In this document: positions 26,994 to 37,600 of the stretch, in pieces
Numbering within the stretch: position 1 is the first letter of the stretch
Layout of the letters: each line of letters starts with the position of its first letter
IMG/VR virus record: IMGVR_UViG_3300025897_000012
Span: 1-64,000 of that record
Reading direction: 5' to 3' (one strand)
DNA from: a virus
Length of the DNA: 64,000 nt
The notes under the pieces: model-generated
Seen by the model: only the letters and a program-made list of their open reading frames with translations
What the model was told of the DNA's origin: nothing
Database searches by the model: none
Made by a program: the position numbers and the translations under genes

Positions 26994-27022
26994 ATTATAT
27001 ACTCTTTTAGTTACTATGTCAA
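26994..27022 (-). promoter_or_regulatory. consensus sigma70 promoter, probably leaderless
   Basis: Minus strand TTGACA (27022-27017), 17 nt, TATAAT (26999-26994); ATG at 26988, 5 nt downstream. Confidence 0.85.
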
Positions 27023-28182
27023 CCATATCTTATTTCATCAAACAAATTTAAAAACAAAGGCATGTGAGATCTTTCTAAAAATTTTGCTCTATTTATTTTA
27101 CCAAATTTTCTCATTGTCTTTAGAGCAGTTTTTGTCTCTAATGAGTTTTTATTATTTTCTATTCTATTTAATTCATGACAAATTAAATCAGCACGTATAT
27201 CAAAGTCTAAATATGTATCATATTTTTCATTTATAAGATCATAGAAAGTAAAATATCCTAACTTATTAATATACTTTATTGTTTGTTGACATCCTAGTGC
27301 AATAAACGGTTTACCCATTACTATTAATTGCCATATACTGAGATTTGTAAATAAGGCATTTACTTCACTCATATAAATTCGGTGGTTGTCGGGTGCCCAA
27401 GGAGTTAATATTGTAAAAAGGCTATTAGAATGATAGTCTAACTTATCATCTTTATCAATAATTGTACCACGAGTATGCAAGTTATTCGATTCTAAAGATT
27501 TACGCAAGGCTAAGCAATTATCAGCTTTTGGAAATTCAGAATATGTATGATATAGTAGCTTAGGATTAAAAGTTTCCATATCATAGTCTTTGACTGGCAT
27601 AATCTTATTAATAGGTTCAAAGAAATTTGTGTATTTTTCGGTATTATTATTAATAATTAACTTAGCTTCTATTTGCCACCAATCAATACTGTATGACTTA
27701 TATGGTTGTAATAATTCTCTATAACTATTATTAACATCTGATGTAACAATTAGTATATTTTCTATTGGTACTTGACATCTCATAAACATTTCTGCTACAT
27801 GCCTAGTACGAATTACTTCATTATACCCCTGTAATGTCTGTCCTAGTATTAAAACTTTCATTTTTCCATCTCGTAAATGGTCTAATGTTTTATTTGGTAT
27901 ATTAATGTTTATTCCATAAGACACTTCAAATGGATAAAATACATAATCTTCTACTGTACTAAAAGGATTACCTATTACATCTCCTGTATATAACGTCATT
28001 TCACAATTATTTTTTTTCATTGTATAATAGAAACTAGAAATAACTTCAGTCATTGCATCTTTACTATCTGGCCATTTGCCATAAGGATAGGGCCAAGTGT
28101 CTTTATTAAAATTGTAACTAGTAATTCCGTTCGGTACAGGGCCGTCGTCTGTTATAATATCATAATAAAAATTAATCGACAT
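27019..28182 (-). CDS. hypothetical protein, possible degenerate glycosyltransferase (GT-B-like C-terminus)
   Basis: KPFIALG...KLGYFTFYDLINEKYD tail; the family call is weak. Confidence 0.45.
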   Translation of the reverse strand: MSINFYYDIITDDGPVPNGITSYNFNKDTWPYPYGKWPDSKDAMTEVISSFYYTMKKNNCEMTLYTGDVIGNPFSTVEDYVFYPFEVSYGININIPNKTLDHLRDGKMKVLILGQTLQGYNEVIRTRHVAEMFMRCQVPIENILIVTSDVNNSYRELLQPYKSYSIDWWQIEAKLIINNNTEKYTNFFEPINKIMPVKDYDMETFNPKLLYHTYSEFPKADNCLALRKSLESNNLHTRGTIIDKDDKLDYHSNSLFTILTPWAPDNHRIYMSEVNALFTNLSIWQLIVMGKPFIALGCQQTIKYINKLGYFTFYDLINEKYDTYLDFDIRADLICHELNRIENNKNSLETKTALKTMRKFGKINRAKFLERSHMPLFLNLFDEIRYG

Positions 28183-29455
28183 ATTCTTTTAACCACTGTT
28201 TCCATATTTCAGTAAACTTAGGATGAATTTTTGTAACATCTTGATTTCTAATTCTATCATATGTTAGTGTTCTTTTTACAAGGTGATTTCTATAACCCTT
28301 GTGTCTTTCAATTGTTTCAAGATCATCATACGGAGTGGTTAATCTACTTAAAATATGGTTTAATCGACTTATTCTTATTTGTTTATCAGTTAATAAAGGC
28401 AATCGTTTTTTTAAATCTTCTGCAATTTCTATTCTATACTCATAAGGAATAATGTCTAAAATTAAATCAATTGGTCCATTTACAGGATTGAATACAAAAT
28501 TTCCTCTTTTACCATGATCAATCCAGTAATCAAGTAATTTAGGCAATTCCCATGCATTGTAAACTTGTGCAGTAGCTAGAAAATGTACATGTATTTTAGG
28601 CATTGACAAGTAATGTTTATATGCTTTATCTAGTTGTTCCCAGTTTGCTCCATATCTAATATAATCGTTAGTATAACCTATACCGTCCATACTAAAGTGT
28701 AATTCAACTTGCTTAAATTTAGACAACAATGGCGTAACTTTACTCTTTATTCTACTTCCGTTAGTAGTAATATCTAAAACTAAGTGTGTGTTTCCGCTTT
28801 CTACACACCATTTTAATAGAGTATATACTCCAGGCATGAACAATGGCTCTCCGCCTGCTATTTTAATTGTGTGGAGATGTGGTATTTGTTTTTTTATACT
28901 TTCAAAACAAACTGGATCTTCTATCCATTCGTCTACATCTGTCCATTCTTCAAACATAATATCTTGTGTTTCAGGATGTGCTAACTGTTCTTTAGCTATT
29001 GTACTACTAATTGCACCAAAACACATTCTACAGCCAAAGTTACATAACCTACCAGGACGTAGATCTGACCATACTGGATATCCTGTAGTGTTTCCTTTTT
29101 CAATATCTATGTGTATAGGATCTGTTTTTTGCCTATTACTACGTATAAAATTAGTATTTTGACTTTCTCTATCAGAACCTCCACCCTCTCTATCTTGCTT
29201 GTAACAAGTTCCGCATCTACTTTCAAATTTACCCTCTAACATATTTTTTCTAACTTCTTGCATATCTTTTCCAGTCCAGATATCTTGAAGATCTTTTCCT
29301 TTAACATCATCTACGATATTATTGTTATAATCTCCTAAACAACATAAGTTTACAAATCCATTTGTAGCTACATATTGATGAGTAAACGGCATAGCACAAA
29401 ATGCAGGATTATTAGCAATTTGAGACTCAAAGTTTAAATCATAATTTTTTTTCAT
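28172..29455 (-). CDS. radical SAM protein with N-terminal SPASM/twitch-like domain
   Basis: FCAMPF...GFVNLCC...CGTC, then CNFGCRMC, AGGEP, TTNG, FSMDG. Confidence 0.9.
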   Translation of the reverse strand: MKKNYDLNFESQIANNPAFCAMPFTHQYVATNGFVNLCCLGDYNNNIVDDVKGKDLQDIWTGKDMQEVRKNMLEGKFESRCGTCYKQDREGGGSDRESQNTNFIRSNRQKTDPIHIDIEKGNTTGYPVWSDLRPGRLCNFGCRMCFGAISSTIAKEQLAHPETQDIMFEEWTDVDEWIEDPVCFESIKKQIPHLHTIKIAGGEPLFMPGVYTLLKWCVESGNTHLVLDITTNGSRIKSKVTPLLSKFKQVELHFSMDGIGYTNDYIRYGANWEQLDKAYKHYLSMPKIHVHFLATAQVYNAWELPKLLDYWIDHGKRGNFVFNPVNGPIDLILDIIPYEYRIEIAEDLKKRLPLLTDKQIRISRLNHILSRLTTPYDDLETIERHKGYRNHLVKRTLTYDRIRNQDVTKIHPKFTEIWKQWLKEYVD

Positions 29456-31682
29456 TACATTCCTCTATCATCTGTGCTACATCCGGCAATGATGTTTTCC
29501 AAGACTCGTTTCTAATTTTATCTAAACTTTCCATCCAAGGCCATAAACGGTTATACTCATTAGCATCAGGTTCTTTGTCCCATAAGTGCATTAATATACT
29601 TTTGCATCTTTGCTCAACCTTACGACAAAATGCTTTTTCATCTACACTATTATTCCATTTATCATTTATACGTTTTATAAAATTTTTATATTTTTTATCT
29701 ATATATCGTTTGTATTCTATAGGCAAGTTTTGTATATTAAGTGTAGCAGGTCCGTATAGATTATGTACAATTATAACAGGTTCAATCCGATTCCAATTTT
29801 GCTCTTTCATCCACCATTGCATTTCTGGATAATGTAAAACGTTTTGTAGACTTAAAGTAAGTGTAACACTAGCAATTAATCTTTCAAATCCTTGTTCCTT
29901 ATCAATCCTACGCATATTCTTTAGGACAGTACTAAATTTTCCTGGGTGTCGGATGTATTCAAAATGAGAATTAATACCGTCTATACTCATTCCTAAATTT
30001 ACTTGTTTAAAAGATTTCCATTGATCAAATACTTTGCTAGGAACACCTGCCATATTAGTATTATAATCTAACGTAACATTATTTGCTGTTCCTCTTTTTA
30101 TATAACAATCTAACAGTTCTCTATGTTTTAAATTTATAGTTGGCTCTCCGCCTGTAAAATAATACCTTTTAATTGTATCTAAATTATTCATAATATGCGA
30201 CCATAACTTTGTAAAAGTTTGATCTGGTTCAAAAAGATCAGGAACAGTATTTGTACCATCAGGTAAAGTTTCAATCTTAACTGTGTTATGCCCTCTATAA
30301 TTAAAAACTCCTGAAGGCTGTAACTTTACCCAATCATCATACCATAAATTACTATCAGTTGGTCCACAGCTTCTACACTTTAAATTACATTTATTACCAA
30401 ATCTTAAATCCATATATGTTATAGGGAATTCTTCATCTTTTATGGTTCCGTCTTTTTTAGTAAGTGTAACTGCTTTGTGATATACATCTTCATATAATTT
30501 TCTGGTCCACTGGCGTTTACTTCCTATCCCGTTTTGTTCTTCATTCGTACACAGTTTACATACTTCTGGATCAATGCCATTCAGCATTTCTTGTCTTAGT
30601 TTCTTCCATACAGGTGCATTTCTATGCTGTGTAACGTCATCTTTTCCTGTAAGCACAGTACCATCTTCTTTGTATACTGTACCATAAGGATCATTAATCA
30701 TTTGACAACACATGCGAATACTTCCATCAGCGTTTGTTGCTAAGTGATTCCATGCAATAGGACAAAATGCCTTCCATCTATCTTTGTTTACTAACATATT
30801 CTCCTGTGTTTTTTCTATTTTTTCTACAGGTTTATCTAATCTTAGTTTTAACAATGTTCTTATTTTTCTTCCTCGAGGGGTATCTATACTAGGAAGATCT
30901 TTCTTTAGCCATAGTGCTTCAAGAACTTCTTGATCTTTGTCATACTCTGCAACAATCGCCATAACCTCAACCGGACAATCTGGGTGTAAAACCATTTCAA
31001 TTCTTTCTTGTGAAGTACGAACAATATCTAAATCAAAAGACATAGGTTTTTGAGGCCACGTAAAATCAAAAGAAAAATTATTATTTTGTTTTATCCATTT
31101 GTCCATAGTTTTCTGGAACTTCTTTCTATCCAAAGTTGGAAATATATGCAGTAGCTGATCTGTTAATTTTACAGCAGAAATATTTAACTCGTCTAAGTTT
31201 ATAATATATGACTTTTTAAAATAATCAGTGTAATGACTTGTATTATCATGATCTCTTTTCATATTGTCTGAATGTCTTATCATCCAATGTTCAGTAAGGT
31301 TTTCTTGCTCTTTTAATTTTTGATATCCTAATTGTGCCCAGTAATTGTAATTACGAGTAATAACAAAACAGATAACAGTCATACTACTATCCCAGTATTC
31401 TTTAATAATGTTAGGATTATAACTGTGATAATGATCCTTGTACAGATCATACTTGTTAGGATCGTTTTCACCTTCATATATATGTTCTTTTTCGACTAAA
31501 GAATATTTTATTTTACAAAATGACTTCCATCTATTTGTGCCTATAGGCTGTGCTTCTTTTCTAGGTATTTTGTTAATTTCAGGTACACATTCGCTTAACA
31601 AACTAGTAATCATTTCGCCACCAGTTCCAGCAGAATATAATAAAAGATAATTATGATTGTTGTTGGAAGAATTTAATTTCAT
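29439..31682 (-). CDS. multidomain radical SAM protein (sulfotransferase-like N-domain + twitch + rSAM)
   Basis: LLYSAGTGGEMI N-domain; FCPIAW...RMCC...CKLC; CNLKCRSC; FTGGEP; YNTN; MSIDG. Confidence 0.9.
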   Translation of the reverse strand: MKLNSSNNNHNYLLLYSAGTGGEMITSLLSECVPEINKIPRKEAQPIGTNRWKSFCKIKYSLVEKEHIYEGENDPNKYDLYKDHYHSYNPNIIKEYWDSSMTVICFVITRNYNYWAQLGYQKLKEQENLTEHWMIRHSDNMKRDHDNTSHYTDYFKKSYIINLDELNISAVKLTDQLLHIFPTLDRKKFQKTMDKWIKQNNNFSFDFTWPQKPMSFDLDIVRTSQERIEMVLHPDCPVEVMAIVAEYDKDQEVLEALWLKKDLPSIDTPRGRKIRTLLKLRLDKPVEKIEKTQENMLVNKDRWKAFCPIAWNHLATNADGSIRMCCQMINDPYGTVYKEDGTVLTGKDDVTQHRNAPVWKKLRQEMLNGIDPEVCKLCTNEEQNGIGSKRQWTRKLYEDVYHKAVTLTKKDGTIKDEEFPITYMDLRFGNKCNLKCRSCGPTDSNLWYDDWVKLQPSGVFNYRGHNTVKIETLPDGTNTVPDLFEPDQTFTKLWSHIMNNLDTIKRYYFTGGEPTINLKHRELLDCYIKRGTANNVTLDYNTNMAGVPSKVFDQWKSFKQVNLGMSIDGINSHFEYIRHPGKFSTVLKNMRRIDKEQGFERLIASVTLTLSLQNVLHYPEMQWWMKEQNWNRIEPVIIVHNLYGPATLNIQNLPIEYKRYIDKKYKNFIKRINDKWNNSVDEKAFCRKVEQRCKSILMHLWDKEPDANEYNRLWPWMESLDKIRNESWKTSLPDVAQMIEECNEKKL

Positions 31683-33048
31683 TATCGCTATATCCTACTA
31701 ATTCACTACTATTGTCTATTCCTCTAATAGGAACTAAACTGGTAGCGCCAATTTGTCTTCCGTTTGCACCGTTGTCAAAAATTCCAAGTTCTATAATTTT
31801 TTCATTAAATGATTGAGCTCTTTCTAACATACCCGGTGGTGTCATTAATTTAATCTCTAACCAAAAGTCATCATTTACACTTTTATGGTGATCAATTATA
31901 ATTTTACAATTTTCAATAAATCTTTGTTCGTTTCCTTTGTATAAATCCATACTACCAAAATGGGCACTCATATTTATACTGTTAATATACTGACATGCTT
32001 CTTTCCAATATTTTGTACTTCTACTTCCATTAGTAGTAACAAGTATCCATTGATCTCGTTCCTTTAAATGTTTTAGTATATCTAAAAACTTTGGATTCAT
32101 TGTTGGCTCTCCGCCCCCAAAGTTCCATCTTATACTAGCACCTTTACTCCATGTATCTATTGCTTTATCTATAGTTTCAATAATTTTATTATATGAGTGA
32201 TGTTCTTCTGTATTATTATGAACACTTGGCCAACAGTAGTCACAATCGTAATTACAACGTCTAGTAATGTCCCATAAAATTTGATACTCAATTGGAAAAT
32301 TCATTTCTATTCCAACAGGAATAGTATCAAATGCTATGTGTGGATTTTTTACTGCATCTTGTAATTGTCCTTTGTCTTGTCCATCATACCCATATTTTGT
32401 TACATTTAAATTTTCTAAAGCTAACTCGTCTTTAGCTTTACTTAAAATTACATCGGCTCCACAACCACAACTTGTTAACGGACATGTAGTCCATTTTTTA
32501 GGAGCTTCCCATCCTGTAAAAATACTACCTTGTAATCCCCATACTTTAGTATCTTTTTGTGCTTTCCACTGCCAAGTTGCTGGATCTTTCATAAACTGTT
32601 TGTAAGGATCGTCAAAAAATATTTTTTCTAACCTTCCAATTTCTGCCATTAATTTATGTTGCTGTTCACTGTTCTTGTAATCATGCTTGGGCATAGGCCA
32701 ACCGTTTTCAGTATTAGCATTTATCCAATCTTTACGTTTATCACTGCCGTCTGCTCCTATAATAGATTCTCTATATTCTTGCCATTGCCTATCTATTAAC
32801 TTTGGATCTTGATTCGTATAGGTTGTTACACGCTGATCATGAACTTTACCGTAATGAGATGCACTTGCACAATTTGCAATCCATACATTACCATCATAAT
32901 CTATGTATAAACTTCGCACTCCAGCACTACACTTCCAATCTTTCCATTTGTTTAAGTTATTTGCAATTACTTCATCAACACTAAAAAGACTATACTGATT
33001 ATTTTTGTTATAAATTCTAAGTTGTTTATTGTCTGTAGGTTGATCCAC
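31651..33048 (-). CDS. radical SAM protein with permuted (N-terminal) auxiliary Cys domain
   Basis: CNYDCDYC, GGGEPT and TTNGSR in the C-terminal half; WKCSAG...C...CPLTSCGC in the N-terminal half. Confidence 0.9.
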   Translation of the reverse strand: MDQPTDNKQLRIYNKNNQYSLFSVDEVIANNLNKWKDWKCSAGVRSLYIDYDGNVWIANCASASHYGKVHDQRVTTYTNQDPKLIDRQWQEYRESIIGADGSDKRKDWINANTENGWPMPKHDYKNSEQQHKLMAEIGRLEKIFFDDPYKQFMKDPATWQWKAQKDTKVWGLQGSIFTGWEAPKKWTTCPLTSCGCGADVILSKAKDELALENLNVTKYGYDGQDKGQLQDAVKNPHIAFDTIPVGIEMNFPIEYQILWDITRRCNYDCDYCWPSVHNNTEEHHSYNKIIETIDKAIDTWSKGASIRWNFGGGEPTMNPKFLDILKHLKERDQWILVTTNGSRSTKYWKEACQYINSINMSAHFGSMDLYKGNEQRFIENCKIIIDHHKSVNDDFWLEIKLMTPPGMLERAQSFNEKIIELGIFDNGANGRQIGATSLVPIRGIDNSSELVGYSDNEIKFFQQQS

Positions 33049-34017
33049 TTATACACGCTCCTTCTTACTCATTATATCAAAGTTACAATGACAATAGCTT
33101 TTATTGCATATAACAGGATCAATAGGCCATGCTATGTTATCAGGATCTTTCATATTTCCTAAAGAACCACCAACACGGCACCAACCAATCATTACAGTTC
33201 CATCAAAGTCTACAACAATCTGTTCAACGCCACTATAACACTTCCAGCCCTCCCAGTTGTTAGTATTTTCAGCAATAAATCTATGTGCGGCACTATTTTT
33301 TGTTTTACCTGTTACTGTATCAATCATATCCATACTGCCTCTATAAAGTTTAAAGTTGTTGCTTTCTTCAGTATACTTTATATGTTTTCCAAAATCTTGC
33401 CATTGCCTATCAATAACATCAAGTTGGTCTTGTGTGTAAGGAAATCGTTCATTACCAAAGTCGATTACAAGCGGTTGCAACGCTAAACTAAAATTTTCAG
33501 CTTCTTTAACTAATCTTTTTGTAAGATTTACTCCATTATTAAATCTATCTTTATCAGTATGCATCATAATGTTTACATGAGTTCTACAAACCTTTGACAT
33601 AATTTTTACTACTTCTAAAAAGTGGCCTGCTTCTGCACTTTCAGGATGAAAACTTAAACAAACATGATCAAAATTATTTTTATTCTTTTCCCACCAACGA
33701 ATAGTTCTACTAGCGTTACTAATAAATCCTATATCGTGTCCTTTAGACTTAATGTACTGAGCACACTTTATAAAATCTTTCCATAAAGTTACTTCGCCTC
33801 CAGTAAACTCAAAATAAACTTTCCTTGGAGCATAATGTGTTTCACAAGCATCAATAAATTTTTTAATTACTTTAAAATCTTGCCAACCAAAACTACCATT
33901 ATTTAAAATAGGAGGACAGTAACTACAGGTATAGTTACACATGTTTCCTAAATTCCAGTTTACAACAACCCAGTCTTTAGCTTCTTTATGATGATGGTCT
34001 AAGATATTATATTGCAT
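33049..34017 (-). CDS. radical SAM protein with C-terminal auxiliary Cys domain
   Basis: CNYTCSYC, FTGGEVT, ISNASR; WKCYSG...WC...CNKSYCHC. Confidence 0.9.
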   Translation of the reverse strand: MQYNILDHHHKEAKDWVVVNWNLGNMCNYTCSYCPPILNNGSFGWQDFKVIKKFIDACETHYAPRKVYFEFTGGEVTLWKDFIKCAQYIKSKGHDIGFISNASRTIRWWEKNKNNFDHVCLSFHPESAEAGHFLEVVKIMSKVCRTHVNIMMHTDKDRFNNGVNLTKRLVKEAENFSLALQPLVIDFGNERFPYTQDQLDVIDRQWQDFGKHIKYTEESNNFKLYRGSMDMIDTVTGKTKNSAAHRFIAENTNNWEGWKCYSGVEQIVVDFDGTVMIGWCRVGGSLGNMKDPDNIAWPIDPVICNKSYCHCNFDIMSKKERV

Positions 34018-34020
34018 ATA

Positions 34021-34956
34021 TTATTTCTTTCCTAATCCGCTTATTCCTCTGTGTCTATCAACACGATCAGGTTGTCGGTAAATTGTTTTAAAGAATTTAC
34101 TAGCACCTTGAGAGAACGGTTCTTTGTCTATAGGTATTTGAAGTTCATTAATTAATTTTGTTCCGTAATTTGTAGATAATTCTAAAATTTTATCTTCAGG
34201 TATGTCTGCAAATTCTTCTTCCCATAAATTATTTAAATATTTAAAATCTCGTACATTAATGTAATTCCAATCTGTACACATTGTTTTATATACTGCGGCT
34301 CTAGTTCCTAATATAGCCCAGTTTCCGTTTTCTACATCTGCGCCAACCATTGCCCAAATATACATCCAATGTAGACATCTCCAATGAAGATTTAAATATT
34401 CTTCTTTGTTTGGTTTTATACCTTGATTAAGAGATAATTTAACTCCTTCTCTAAACCCAGCTCTCCATGCTTGTTGAGGAGTTTCGTTATTATATACATC
34501 TGAAAAACAACTATTCATTTGTACATATTTTAAATCCCAACAAAAATCTACTTGAGCAGCTATGTTATTTGGATCTGCATTTTCGTGTGTCCGCATATTT
34601 AATACATGTTGTTTAGGCCAACATTTTAAGCCGCCGTTTCCATATAGTAATCCGTTAATAGTATTTTTTCCTGCCCAGCTTATTACAGAATTTTCTAACT
34701 CAACATCATCATCAAAACTAATTTCTTCTTTTAAAAAATCATTTTTAATTCTGTTGTCGCCGTCTACTGTAATAAAGCGATCAGTTTCTGATAATTCTGC
34801 ACAGGCTTTGTGTGCCGCGTCACTACCGTCTACCCCGTGTACACGTTTTGCCCACGGAACTTTAGTTAAGAGATCTGCATAGTTCTTCTCAGCATTAGGT
34901 TCATCATAACTTAGATAAATTACGTCATAATCTAGTACTTTAAATTTATTAGACAT
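34021..34956 (-). CDS. GT-A-fold glycosyltransferase-like protein
   Basis: DVIYLSYDEP, TVDGD, YGNGGLK, WRAGFRE; paralog of 25945..26988. Confidence 0.7.
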   Translation of the reverse strand: MSNKFKVLDYDVIYLSYDEPNAEKNYADLLTKVPWAKRVHGVDGSDAAHKACAELSETDRFITVDGDNRIKNDFLKEEISFDDDVELENSVISWAGKNTINGLLYGNGGLKCWPKQHVLNMRTHENADPNNIAAQVDFCWDLKYVQMNSCFSDVYNNETPQQAWRAGFREGVKLSLNQGIKPNKEEYLNLHWRCLHWMYIWAMVGADVENGNWAILGTRAAVYKTMCTDWNYINVRDFKYLNNLWEEEFADIPEDKILELSTNYGTKLINELQIPIDKEPFSQGASKFFKTIYRQPDRVDRHRGISGLGKK

Positions 34957-34960
34957 ATAA

Positions 34961-35542
34961 TTATTCCTTTACAACGTGATAAAAGATTTCATTAATAACA
35001 GGACAATACAAACTTATATTGTCTAGTATGACTAAAGAATCATTATCACACTTGATATCAAACATTTTCTTTTTAGTAAATTTTCTCATATCTATAAATA
35101 GTTCTCCTATTAAGATATTAGGGTTATGTTCTTGTGTAATATACACTCGTTTGATTTGACTTAAATATTTATTTGTCTCTAGGTTGTTACGTATTAGGTC
35201 TGAAACTTGTGCCTTTGCTTGCCATTTTTTCTTTTTTTTGTCTTGAAAGATATAGAATGATTTTGGATCATATTTAGAGATTTTATCTAAAACTGTAATT
35301 TCATGAATACTTTTATCAACATCAAAATTTTCAGGAGCATCTTTTCTTACAAGCTCTGGAGGATCTGTACTTGTTATATTTGTAACTTTGCAAATATAGT
35401 CAACAAGATTAGCTTTGCCTGAAACAAATTTAACATACTCTTCTTTAGAAATCACAATATAAGGTTTATCTTCATTCAATTCATTTGTAACTGATAATAA
35501 TTGTCCTGAAACATCATCATAATATACATAAAATGAAAACAT
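34961..35542 (-). CDS. hypothetical protein
   Basis: 193-aa ORF in operon. Confidence 0.75.
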   Translation of the reverse strand: MFSFYVYYDDVSGQLLSVTNELNEDKPYIVISKEEYVKFVSGKANLVDYICKVTNITSTDPPELVRKDAPENFDVDKSIHEITVLDKISKYDPKSFYIFQDKKKKKWQAKAQVSDLIRNNLETNKYLSQIKRVYITQEHNPNILIGELFIDMRKFTKKKMFDIKCDNDSLVILDNISLYCPVINEIFYHVVKE

Positions 35543-36375
35543 TACAATAACTCCAATCTATCAACTATTCTATCAGTTAAAAATTCTGGCTCTACGTAAT
35601 GTAATATATTACGTTGTAAAAAATTACCAATTAACATAGTTTTATCATTAGTTAAGTATCCGCCTAATACTGTAGTCCATTTTTCTGGCACTTCATGCCA
35701 ATTTTGACAATGAGGTTTCATATGGGTAAATGTTATAAAAGAATTAGAATCAGTTATTTCAAGAGTATTATTTAATATTTTACTTACAATACTACAACTT
35801 AAATCCATACTACACCATTTTTGATAATAGTTACTTGCAAACTTTCCGTAAAATAATTCCCAATTTATCATAACTATTTCTAAAAGTTTAAAAAATTCAT
35901 GTGCAACATCTCCTTTTTTAAAATAATAAAATGCACTATATAAATTAGGCAAATTATTTTCATTAAAGGTTTTTCTATAGTACACTGAATCTACAATTTC
36001 ATTTCGATAATTCTTTACATTACTTACAAAAAATAAATCTCTCTTTTTAAGTTCTGTCCACCAATGTGTAATATCATGTAACACTAACATATCTACATCC
36101 ATAACAATGGTATGATCATATGGAGATGCATGATATACTTTCCATCTATTTTCAATTTTCCAGTCTGTTTCTTGTGCTTGGTCAGTCCACGGTATTTTTA
36201 TAATTTTATCAAATACTGGTCTATACTTCGTAGGAACTTCATCGTTAGTAACCAAAGATACATTTTGATCTTTATTAAACTTATGTATACTTACTGCAAG
36301 AGCATATGCTTGCTTAATATAATCTACAGTAGCATTATTCTGTGCTAGTAAACAAAAACCTTCACTCATTTGCAA
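35542..36375 (-). CDS. GT-A nucleotide-diphospho-sugar transferase-like (GT8-like)
   Basis: SPYDHTIVMDVDML (DxD), FTHMK, LHYV; start may be 36369. Confidence 0.7.
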   Translation of the reverse strand: MQMSEGFCLLAQNNATVDYIKQAYALAVSIHKFNKDQNVSLVTNDEVPTKYRPVFDKIIKIPWTDQAQETDWKIENRWKVYHASPYDHTIVMDVDMLVLHDITHWWTELKKRDLFFVSNVKNYRNEIVDSVYYRKTFNENNLPNLYSAFYYFKKGDVAHEFFKLLEIVMINWELFYGKFASNYYQKWCSMDLSCSIVSKILNNTLEITDSNSFITFTHMKPHCQNWHEVPEKWTTVLGGYLTNDKTMLIGNFLQRNILHYVEPEFLTDRIVDRLELL

Positions 36376-37231
36376 ACTCTTTATCGCTATCTATTGCTCT
36401 ACTTAAACTAAATTTATTCATTACATGTACGTTTGAGTCTTCTACTGTTACTCCTACATAATAACCACCGCTACTAGTATAGTCGCAAATAAAAGATAAT
36501 TTATCACCATCTACAGAATGTAACATATCTGCATCAGATGCCATATACATATTACCTGGCATTTTTATAGGCCAATTTGGGTTAAGTTGAAATCCTCGTA
36601 AAATATGTATTGCTATACTAAACGAAAAGTCGTTTCTATAAGTGCTATGTGGAATTTGATATATTAGTCTATAATATGGCCAGTTGTCTTTTATGTGTTG
36701 TATTAATTCAAAATACATTTTCATAAACGGTGTCTTCTTAAAGTAAAAACCTGTAGCCCACCACATATCAATTGAACGGTCGCTTATCCTATCAAATTTT
36801 TGTATCTTTCTTAATGTACTAGCAATATCTGTTGGATTTCTGTATATTAAAAAGTCTTGATTTAATTTAAAACAGTTTAATAAACTATCATTGCCAATAA
36901 TATAGTCTGCATCTAATACTATAGTTTCATCAAATGGTGTTAGGTTATAACAGTCTGGACGACTGTGATTTTTCCACGGTAGTTTTCTTATAGAATATAC
37001 TCCATCTAAGAATCTTTTTGTTTGAGGTGTAAAAACTTCAGGAATATCTATTATTTGGTCTATATATTTTTCAAAGAAAGGAAATCGTTTTGTAAGATAA
37101 TTACGATTGTCAGTTACTACTGCAACTGGTAATTTTAAATGATTTTTAATTTTCTTTGCACAAAATATTGCTTGTTTGATATAATCAACATCTTTATTAT
37201 TAAGTGCAAAGAGCAATACTCCTTGCGTCAT
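36362..37231 (-). CDS. GT-A nucleotide-diphospho-sugar transferase-like
   Basis: TPFDETIVLDADYI, RNDFSFSIA, VHVMNK; paralog of the neighbouring gene. Confidence 0.7.
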   Translation of the reverse strand: MTQGVLLFALNNKDVDYIKQAIFCAKKIKNHLKLPVAVVTDNRNYLTKRFPFFEKYIDQIIDIPEVFTPQTKRFLDGVYSIRKLPWKNHSRPDCYNLTPFDETIVLDADYIIGNDSLLNCFKLNQDFLIYRNPTDIASTLRKIQKFDRISDRSIDMWWATGFYFKKTPFMKMYFELIQHIKDNWPYYRLIYQIPHSTYRNDFSFSIAIHILRGFQLNPNWPIKMPGNMYMASDADMLHSVDGDKLSFICDYTSSGGYYVGVTVEDSNVHVMNKFSLSRAIDSDKEFANE

Positions 37232-37575
37232 ATGTTAAGAATACCTTCTACTGATCTATTTTTTTTAATTTCGTTAAATTTTTGTAAATATTCATTCATG
37301 TTTTTTGAATATATACTAAGTATTTCATCTAAAAAATCTTCTAGTTCTTTAACTTCAATTGGTGTATTATTATCATCTAATAGAATTGCATCTTTTTGGC
37401 CGTTTTGAATTAGTGTATGACAAAAATTAATAATATCTCTATTAACATTAAACTTACCACCGTTTACATAATGTACACAATTTTCTAAAAACTTTTCGTG
37501 AATAAGATTACGTTGATTGTTTAACGTAATCATAAGATTGGAAAAATCTAATGCTTTTTCTAGTCTATCATCCAT
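37228..37575 (-). CDS. hypothetical phage protein
   Basis: 115 aa; AAGGAG RBS. Confidence 0.8.
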   Translation of the reverse strand: MDDRLEKALDFSNLMITLNNQRNLIHEKFLENCVHYVNGGKFNVNRDIINFCHTLIQNGQKDAILLDDNNTPIEVKELEDFLDEILSIYSKNMNEYLQKFNEIKKNRSVEGILNI

Positions 37576-37600
37576 AGAGTACTCCTTTAATAATACTACT

